From positions 1 to 49,849 of the forward strand of contig JALUTT010000052.1 in NCBI GenBank assembly GCA_027021705.1: a stretch of 49,849 bases of DNA, given 5' to 3'. Below the pieces are notes generated by a model. It was not told the origin of the DNA and ran no database searches. It saw only the letters and a list, made by a program, of their open reading frames with translations. Below, in pieces: positions 10,401 to 16,159 of the stretch; position 1 is the first letter of the stretch; every line of letters begins with the position of its first letter. The translations under genes were made by a program, and so were the position numbers. Source of the DNA: Anaerolineae bacterium. Its GTDB lineage: Bacteria > Chloroflexota > Anaerolineae > S140-20.

Positions 10401-12722
10401 GATGCCGAGGACCGCGCCTGGGCCCTGGCCGCCGTGGCCCAGGCGATGGCCCAGGTGGGCGATACAGACAAGGCCCGGGAAGCCCTGCAGCGGGCCCTGG
10501 CCGCCGCCGAGGGGATTGGAGGGGAGTGGTCTCGCGCCCGTGCCCTGGCCGCCGTGGCCGAGACGATGGCCCAGGTGGGCGACCGGGCCGGCCTGCAGCG
10601 GGCCCTGGCCGCCGCCGAGGGGATTGGAGGGGAACGGTATCGCGCCCGTGCCCTGGCCGCCGTGGCCCAGGCGATGGCCCAGGTGGGCGACCGGGCCGGC
10701 CTGCAGCGGGCCCTGGCCGCCGCCGAGGGGATTGGAGTGGAGCCGTTTCGCGCCGAGGCCCTGGCCGCCGTGGCCCAGGCGATGGCCCAGGTGGGCGATA
10801 CGGACAAGGCCCGGGAAGCCCTGCAGCGGGCCCTGGCCGCCGCCGAGGGGATTGGAGGGGAGTGGTCTCGCGCCCGTGCCCTGGCCGCCGTGGCCGAGAC
10901 GATGGCCCAGGTGGGCGACCGGGCCGGCCTGCAACAGGCCCTGGCCGCCGCCGAGGGGATTGACCGGGAGCGGTATCGCGCCTGGGCCCTGGCCGCCGTG
11001 GCCCAGACGATGGCCCAGGTGGGCGACCGGGCCGGCCTGCAACAGGCCCTGGCCGCCGCCGAGGGGATTGGCGATGCCGAGGACCGCGCCGAGGCCCTGG
11101 CCGCCGTGGCCCAGACGATGGCCCAGGTGGGCGACCGGGCCGGCCTGCAGCGGGCCCTGGCCGCCGCCGAGGGGATTGGCGATGATCCGTTCGGCTCTCA
11201 CGCCGAGGCCCTGGCCGCCGTGGCCCAGGCGATGGCCCAGGTGGGCGATACGGACAAGGCCCGGGAAGCCCTGCAGCGGGCCCTGGCCGCCGCCGAGGGG
11301 ATTGGAGGGGAACGGTATCGCGCCCGTGCCCTGGCCGCCGTGGCCCAGGCCATGGCCCAGGTGGGCGACCGGGCCGGCCTGCAGCGGGCCCTGGCCGCCG
11401 CCGAGGGGATTGGCGATGCCGAGGACCGCGCCGAGGCCCTGGCCGCCGTGGCCCAGGCGATGGCCCAGGTGGGCGACCGGGAAGGCCTGCAGCGGGCCCT
11501 GGACGCTGCCGAGGGGATTGGTGATGCCGAGGACCGCGCCCGTGCCCTGGCCGCCGTGGCCCAGGCGATGGCCCAGGTGGGCGACCAGGCCGGCCTGCAA
11601 CAGGCCCTGGCCGCCGCCGAGGGGATTGGAGGGGAGTGGTCTCGCGCCCGTGCCCTGGCCGCCGTGGCCGAGACGATGGCCCAGGTGGGCGACCGGGCCG
11701 GCCTGCAACAGGCCCTGGCCGCCGCCGAGGGGATTGGCGATGATCCGTTCGGCTCTCACGCCGAGGCCCTGGCCGCCGTGGCCCAGGCGATGGCCCAGGT
11801 GGGCGACCGGGCCGGCCTGCAGCGCGCCCTGGCCGCCGCCGAGGGGATTGGCGATGCCTATTGGCGCGCCTGGGCCCTGGCCGCCGTGGCCCAGGCGATG
11901 GCCCAGGTGGGCGACCAGGCCGGCCTGCAACAGGCCCTGGCCGCCGCCGAGGGGATTGGAGGGGAGTGGTCTCGCGCCCGTGCCCTGGCCGCCGTGGCCC
12001 AGACGATGGCCCAGGTGGGCGATCGGGCCGGCCTGCAGCGGGCCCTGGCCGCCGCCGAGGGGATTGGAGGGGAACGGTATCGCGCCCGTGCCCTGGCCGC
12101 CGTGGCCCAGGCGATGGCCCAGGTGGGCGACCGGGCCGGCCTGCAGCGGGCCCTGGCCGCCGCCGAGGGGATTGGCGATGCCGAGGACCGCGCCGAGGCC
12201 CTGGCCGCCGTGGCCCAGGCGATGGCCCAGGCGATGGCCCAGGTGGGCGACCGGGAAGGCCTGCAGCGGGCCCTGGCCGCCGCCGAGGGGATTGGAGGGG
12301 AGTGGTCTCGCGCCCGTGCCCTGGCCGCCGTGGCCCAGGCGATGGCCCAGGTGGGCGATACGGACAAGGCCCGGGAAGCCCTGCAGCGGGCCCTGGCCGC
12401 CGCCGAGGGGGTTGGAGAGGAATGGTCTCGCGCCGAGGCCCTGGCCGCCGCCGAGGGGATTGGATGGGAGCCGCCTCGCGCCGAGGCCCTGGCCGCCGTG
12501 GCCCGGGCCATGGCCCAGGTGGCGCAGCCCGGCGACGCCGAGACGGCGAAGGGGGCGGTAGACGCCTTCCGCCGGGCACGCGAACAGGGCCGCGAGGAGG
12601 TGTGGTTGTACATTGGGGCCTTCGCCCCCGTGCTGGCCAAACTGGGCGTGCTCGGCGAGGCGTGGCGGCGCATCCAGGCGGTGGAGGCGGTGGTCTGGGG
12701 AGGGCGTGAGGGGCAACCATAA
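7437..12722 (+). CDS. NLR-like STAND NTPase: N-terminal helical domain, NACHT/AAA_16-like NTPase, C-terminal TPR-like repeat array (1761 aa)
   Basis: AGGAG RBS. Walker A GEAGVGKT (8190-8213) and Walker B LVIVIDALDE (8451-8480), STAND-like GNWMYL and LPVGLTGYY segments, then 26 helical repeats. Confidence 0.88.
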   Translation: MLDTIVSAATEAVFGYLLEEAGLADRVRARLKREPARLAFQAALVNAYTAFARHYPQWTESLFDQTFLTREDVAAELSKFLTRHRHPDPAAIAHAWAAYFPAADPDRREARVDELTPIVACFLDWLEAELKAQEALQPLFDSRALERLPELAEDVAAIRKTLTQALERAAKYQVVVRQAQGLVIGDHAQVTQVFHTYFGADYVTLKERYISPEPVFDRVKLDRFAGRQWLEAELDAFLNAPNRDRGVWLLVGEAGVGKTTFLAHLVQTRGYLHLFAEQAPGKANLRQALGSLAVQLVSRYRLEPYARRDTLPQDLIEAPHFFERLLRAAAEQLIHGERLVIVIDALDEAGALPDQNVLNLPKVLPRGVYLILSQRPVPVPLRVDAPLERVELQAESEENRRDVKKFLGMVSLRPEIAGQLRAQGEETDRFVQVLAERSAGNWMYLHYVLDEIARGERHPLDLDALPVGLTGYYAEYWQRWRDRDKTAWDTRYVPLLATLGAAQEPLSLDLLLTWSGVERAQRYRIQLLLREQWRAFVYELNVDGQPVYRPYHASLRDFLHGRLDEEQWRHLSLAHERLVQELMDRTRDAHRRIAKSYLADPARWPAHGGYAFRHLTHHLAQAGMVGELAALIENRAWYAASRDHDPSRRLFAEDVARALGLAEAEVLEEKRPDRLPPVVAWSLLHATVRTLATNVPVEALEAMALLDDADRARRYAALITDPEKQTEAYRRIGVRLHEQGNTEQAREALQRALAAAEGIGVEPFRAWALAAVAQAMAQVGDRAGLQRALAAAEGIGVEPFRAEALAAVAQAMAQVGDTDKAREALQRALAAAEGIGGEWSRARALAAVAETMAQVGDRAGLQRALAAAEGIGGERYRARALAAVAQAMAQVGDRAGLQRALAAAEGIGWEPPRAEALAAVAQAMAQVGDTDAAWEALQRALAAAEGIGDADDRARALAAVAQAMAQVGDTDAAWEALQRALAAAEGIGDAEDRAWALAAVAQAMAQVGDTDKAREALQRALAAAEGIGGEWSRARALAAVAETMAQVGDRAGLQRALAAAEGIGGERYRARALAAVAQAMAQVGDRAGLQRALAAAEGIGVEPFRAEALAAVAQAMAQVGDTDKAREALQRALAAAEGIGGEWSRARALAAVAETMAQVGDRAGLQQALAAAEGIDRERYRAWALAAVAQTMAQVGDRAGLQQALAAAEGIGDAEDRAEALAAVAQTMAQVGDRAGLQRALAAAEGIGDDPFGSHAEALAAVAQAMAQVGDTDKAREALQRALAAAEGIGGERYRARALAAVAQAMAQVGDRAGLQRALAAAEGIGDAEDRAEALAAVAQAMAQVGDREGLQRALDAAEGIGDAEDRARALAAVAQAMAQVGDQAGLQQALAAAEGIGGEWSRARALAAVAETMAQVGDRAGLQQALAAAEGIGDDPFGSHAEALAAVAQAMAQVGDRAGLQRALAAAEGIGDAYWRAWALAAVAQAMAQVGDQAGLQQALAAAEGIGGEWSRARALAAVAQTMAQVGDRAGLQRALAAAEGIGGERYRARALAAVAQAMAQVGDRAGLQRALAAAEGIGDAEDRAEALAAVAQAMAQAMAQVGDREGLQRALAAAEGIGGEWSRARALAAVAQAMAQVGDTDKAREALQRALAAAEGVGEEWSRAEALAAAEGIGWEPPRAEALAAVARAMAQVAQPGDAETAKGAVDAFRRAREQGREEVWLYIGAFAPVLAKLGVLGEAWRRIQAVEAVVWGGREGQP
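9676..12520 (+). repeat. Intragenic array of 26 coding repeats (108 or 120 bp; 36 or 40 aa) with a hypervariable cassette
   Basis: Scaffold LQRALAAAEGI-[variable]-A[W/E/R]-ALAAVAQAMAQVGD-[RAG or TDKAREA] is nearly identical at DNA level between copies. Confidence 0.95.
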
Positions 12723-12755
12723 GGTGCGACGCACCTGGGAGGTGCGTCGCACCTT
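12721..12755. repeat. Perfect 16-bp inverted repeat (REP-like or terminator-like) at the NLR stop codon
   Basis: AAGGTGCGACGCACCT-GGG-AGGTGCGTCGCACCTT; each arm is itself nearly palindromic; no U-tract. Confidence 0.8.
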
Positions 12756-12756
12756 C

Positions 12757-12814
12757 AAAGCGGCGCAGCGGGCCGGGGTTGAACCCCCTTCGGGGGCGAG
12801 CACCCGGCCCACGA
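12757..12814 (+). repeat. 58-bp structured direct repeat, copy 1
   Basis: AAAGCGGCGCAGCGGGCCGGGGTTGAACCCCCTTCGGGGGCGAGCACCCGGCCCACGA; 54/58 identical to 14803..14860. Confidence 0.9.
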
Positions 12815-12828
12815 GAAGGAGACCGGCT

Positions 12829-13122
12829 ATGCCCAAAAATTTGCGGCGCAATCTCTTGCTCGCCACGCCCTGCAACCTGCTGTTTGCCCTCTGGGCGCCT
12901 CTCGCCGGGGTTTTCACCCTGGAAACCTGGCCGCCCCTGGTGGGCCTGCTGATCGGCGCGGCTTTGCTGGTGTTCACCGGCAGCGCGTGGGTGAATTATG
13001 CTCGCAAGCGATACGCCGAAGCCCGGCAACGGTTGCTGTGGACGCTGATGCTTGACCTGTTGACCGTTGCCCTTGCGTTTTTGTTTCGCTGGCTATATCC
13101 TGGATTGGCGGGCTGGCAGTGA
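12829..13122 (+). CDS. Small membrane hypothetical protein (97 aa)
   Basis: AGAAGGAG RBS then ATG at 12829, in frame with ORF 12613..13122; about three hydrophobic segments. Confidence 0.7.
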   Translation: MPKNLRRNLLLATPCNLLFALWAPLAGVFTLETWPPLVGLLIGAALLVFTGSAWVNYARKRYAEARQRLLWTLMLDLLTVALAFLFRWLYPGLAGWQ

Positions 13123-13136
13123 AAGGAGACTCGAAG

Positions 13137-14768
13137 ATGCGCCGTGTATGGATCGTGGCCCTCGTTTTCAGCTTCTTGTTGACCGCCTGCGGTGGGGCGC
13201 AGCCCACGCCCGCCGGGCCGCCGCCGACCGGGGTGGGCAATCCGCCGCCCCCAAACCGGCCCGGCAGCCCGCCGCCGACCCCTCAACCGCCCGCCGTGGC
13301 CACGGCTACCCCCACGGCCGACTGCACCGCCGGCGACCCGCAGGAATCGCCCATCTACAGCCACCAGGTGTACCTGACCACCTCGCCCGACGGCCTGACC
13401 TTCGACGGCGACGGGGCGCTGATCCTCGACCACGCCTCCGTGCCCGACCTGGTCATCGGGCCGGACGGCCGCCTGTGGGTCTATTTCGTCAACGGCGAGC
13501 CGGGGCATCACGGCATCTTCGCCGCCCGTCAGGCCGAAGACGGCTCCTGGGAAGTCCTGGGCTGCGTCACCCTGGACGGGCGGTTCAACGGCAACGCCGT
13601 GGACCCCAACGTCACCCGCCTGCCCGATGGCCGCCTCCAACTGGTCTATTTTGAAGGCAGTTTCGTCGGGAACGGGCCCAAACTCGGCCCCGACGACCCG
13701 CACCCCATCTACCGCGCCGTCTCGGAGGACGGGCTGCACTTCAGCGGGCAGGAGCAGTTGATCGCCGTGCCGGGCGTCACCGACCCCAGCCTGGTGCAAC
13801 TGCCCGACGGCTCCTGGCTGATGGCCCTGCAGCGCGAGGGGGCCACCCTGCTGGCGCGCAGCGCAGACGGCACGTCCTACGAACTGATCGAGCCGACCTT
13901 CCGGGAACCCGGCATCGGCGAACTGGGGCTGCTCCCCGACGGGCGCGTGGCGCTCTACCTCTCGCAAATCCACGTCTCCGCCGACGGCGGCCAGACCTGG
14001 GAGACCGTCCCCGGCCGGGTGCCCGGCAACGGGATGGACGCCTCCATCGTCGCCCTGCCAGATGGCGGCTACGCCTTCGCCTACAAGCGCATCGCCGGCG
14101 GCGCGGGGCAGCCGGGGAACCCGCCGCCCGCCGGTCAGCCGGGGCAACCGCCGCAGCCCACGCCTACCGGTGACGTGCACCCCGGCGCGCAGTCCACCGG
14201 AGCCCTGTCGCGCGAAGACTACCTGGCGCAGGTGGTGACCGAGACGCCGGCTTCCAGTCGGTGGCGCTATGTGACCACCCTGTTCGGCACGCTGGAGGCC
14301 GGGCAACGCTGCGATGTGGGCGGCTTCTGCCGCATCTTTTCGCAGGCCGATGGTGACGGCTACGACGTGACCTTCGGCGGGGCGTTCGACAACCGCGAGG
14401 TGGAAGAAGCCCGTCGCTACGCGGGCGATGTGCGCCGCACCCTCTCCGCCGACCTGAGCGCCTGGGGCGAGCCGCAGCAGTTCTCCACCCATCCCGGCGA
14501 CTACGCCATTGACACCGACGGGCAGTTCTACTATCTGCTCAACGCCCATCCCGATGGCTGGACGCTGGGCAAGTACGATGCCGATTTCAACCTGGTGAAG
14601 GAGGTCATCGTGCCGCTGCCCGCGGGGCACGCCGCTAACGACCAGATGCTGCGCGTCTGGGATGGCCGGCTCTACCTGAGCGGCATCTACAACCCGGACA
14701 ACCCGGACCTGCGCTCGAACAAGGACGCCAACCCCGATGAAGTGCTCTACACCCACGTCTGGGTTTAG
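13137..14768 (+). CDS. Lipoprotein with Pro-rich linkers and an Asp-box/BNR beta-propeller (sialidase/glycosidase-like fold); C-terminus possibly truncated
   Basis: AAAGGAG RBS; signal peptide with lipobox LLTAC; repeated SxDG motifs (TSPDGLTF, VSEDGLHF, RSADGTSY, VSADGGQTW). Confidence 0.8.
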   Translation: MRRVWIVALVFSFLLTACGGAQPTPAGPPPTGVGNPPPPNRPGSPPPTPQPPAVATATPTADCTAGDPQESPIYSHQVYLTTSPDGLTFDGDGALILDHASVPDLVIGPDGRLWVYFVNGEPGHHGIFAARQAEDGSWEVLGCVTLDGRFNGNAVDPNVTRLPDGRLQLVYFEGSFVGNGPKLGPDDPHPIYRAVSEDGLHFSGQEQLIAVPGVTDPSLVQLPDGSWLMALQREGATLLARSADGTSYELIEPTFREPGIGELGLLPDGRVALYLSQIHVSADGGQTWETVPGRVPGNGMDASIVALPDGGYAFAYKRIAGGAGQPGNPPPAGQPGQPPQPTPTGDVHPGAQSTGALSREDYLAQVVTETPASSRWRYVTTLFGTLEAGQRCDVGGFCRIFSQADGDGYDVTFGGAFDNREVEEARRYAGDVRRTLSADLSAWGEPQQFSTHPGDYAIDTDGQFYYLLNAHPDGWTLGKYDADFNLVKEVIVPLPAGHAANDQMLRVWDGRLYLSGIYNPDNPDLRSNKDANPDEVLYTHVWV

Positions 14769-14802
14769 AGGCCTGGGTTCTGCATCGTCATGGTGAGCCG
14801 CG

Positions 14803-14860
14803 AAAGCGGCGCAGCGGGCCGGGGTTGAACCCCCTTCAGAGGCAGGCACCCGGCCCACGA
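14803..14860 (+). repeat. 58-bp structured direct repeat, copy 2
   Basis: Four mismatches to 12757..12814; followed by AGGGGG and ATG at 14883. Confidence 0.9.
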
Positions 14861-14882
14861 AAAAGCGTATAGGGGGCCTGTC

Positions 14883-14912
14883 ATGCGCAAACGCTTCGTT
14901 GTGTTGAGTATA
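14883..14912 (+). pseudogene. Start of a probable secreted-protein gene cut off by a MITE-like element
   Basis: MRKRFVVLSI resembles a signal-peptide start, has an RBS, and runs directly into the repeated element at 14911. Confidence 0.35.
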
Positions 14913-15056
14913 CCCATGAGCGAGAGAGTGGTCCGTAGCGGGCCGTCCACGAATTTCTCACAAATGCACGAATGAGGCGGTCCTTCATTCGTGTATTCGT
15001 GCCCCCTTCGTGGACGGCTCTAGCCTCCCTATCTCCAAAGATATGGGTAATCACCG
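14911..15056. mobile_element. MITE-like element, CACGAAT-hairpin family, copy with eroded left end
   Basis: Highly similar to 23838..23991; right end TGGGTAATCACCG intact, left end reduced to TACCCA; internal GCCGTCCACGAA / TTCGTGGACGGC stem. Confidence 0.75.
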
Positions 15057-15060
15057 GGTT

Positions 15061-15336
15061 ATGAGTACCGCACAGAAATCCAAAAGACGCAAGCGCAAAG
15101 TCAGCAAAGCCCAAACGTACAACGCCTGTCGCCAAGCTGACCGGGCTCGTCGGGCGCGGCGCCGCGCCCGCACCGAGCGGCGGGAGCGGGAGCGCCGTCA
15201 GTTCAAGTTTCGCGTCAAGGTCGTGCGCTACTACAAGAAACCGCCGGTTGGCGCCCCCGGTTGGGCGCTACGCCGGACGGCACATAACCATCCGGGGGCT
15301 GGCCGGCATCCCCGGGATCGAGCCGATGGCAGGTGA
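15061..15336 (+). CDS. Arg/Lys-rich hypothetical ORF, possibly a gene fragment
   Basis: ATG 4 nt after the MITE end; MSTAQKSKRRKRKVSKAQTYNACRQADRARRARRR...; no recognised domain and no clear RBS. Confidence 0.3.
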   Translation: MSTAQKSKRRKRKVSKAQTYNACRQADRARRARRRARTERRERERRQFKFRVKVVRYYKKPPVGAPGWALRRTAHNHPGAGRHPRDRADGR

Positions 15337-15464
15337 CCCCCGTTGGGGAAACTCCTATCGCGACCCGCCCATAGAGATCATACCTTCCACAGCCTTCAGG
15401 TCCACCGCTTTGGCGATCTGGACCCCACCCACTGCCAACGTGGCAGCATGAGGAGAGTGTCAAG

Positions 15465-16028
15465 ATGCGTGTATACTCAACACATATGACCGAAACGGTT
15501 TCTTCGCGGCGACAAAAGCCGGTTAGGTGGCGCTCTTTGGTCTTGGTAGGGGGGCTTATCAGTTTAGGGGTGTGCGTGATTCTGGCGTTTTTGCTAACGC
15601 GGCCTGCCCGCGCTATCCCCATTCCCATGCAAGTCGCGGGGTATCCGCTGCGCGCGCATCTGTTTGGTCCCGACGCAGCCAGGGAGATCCGGGATATGCA
15701 CCGGGGCACCTTTCCCCTCACGGGTGCGGCTATTGGCATATATGGGAACAGGGATGCAACGGTCTGGGTGAGTGAGATATGGGGGGAGTGGGGGGCAGCG
15801 CTGCTCATGCACAGCATGACAAAGGCCATCGCGCGTGTGGATTCCCCTTTTGAGCCTGTAGGAGAACGACTGGTGGATGGGATACAGGTGTATGAGTTGA
15901 CGGGGATGGGACAAGCTCACTTTTACTTTCGGGTACGGAATCAGGTCTACTGGCTGGCCATCCGGCCCACGCGCGCGGAAGCCGGCCTGCGGGATATCCT
16001 CGCCTTTGCAAAGGGCATAGGTCGTTAG
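15465..16028 (+). CDS. Membrane-anchored hypothetical protein (187 aa)
   Basis: GAGGAGAG RBS; one N-terminal TM helix (LVLVGGLISLGVCVILAFLL); visibly more A/T-ending codons than the core genes. Confidence 0.7.
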   Translation: MRVYSTHMTETVSSRRQKPVRWRSLVLVGGLISLGVCVILAFLLTRPARAIPIPMQVAGYPLRAHLFGPDAAREIRDMHRGTFPLTGAAIGIYGNRDATVWVSEIWGEWGAALLMHSMTKAIARVDSPFEPVGERLVDGIQVYELTGMGQAHFYFRVRNQVYWLAIRPTRAEAGLRDILAFAKGIGR

Positions 16029-16159
16029 CGCCCGTGTCGGATCTCCTATGGAGGCGCTGTGCTTCCCCCGTACACTCCACCCTTGCCAGGTTGTGACTCG
16101 GCCTTTGTTTCTCCTCTTTTCTCTTTTCCAGCACTGAGGGCCGGGGACTGAGGATTGAG

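Noticed and set aside
9676..12520. TALE-like DNA-binding repeat or a complete DGR
   Set aside because: No similarity to the TALE repeat consensus, and the repeats follow a STAND NTPase like a sensor domain. No reverse transcriptase or template repeat is in the window.
8919..13029. 1352-, 1145- and 976-aa alternative-frame ORFs over the NLR repeats
   Set aside because: They are open only because the stop-free repeat unit is reiterated in multiples of three; compositions are implausible (P/W/G/R-rich).
12757..14860. Integron attC sites or a known riboswitch for the 58-bp repeats
   Set aside because: No RYYYAAC...GTTRRRY box arrangement, no integrase, and no riboswitch consensus that I can recognise; kept only as an unexplained repeat.
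15061..15336. Transposase for the adjacent MITE
   Set aside because: Short, with no DDE or HUH motif visible; cannot be supported beyond a basic ORF fragment.
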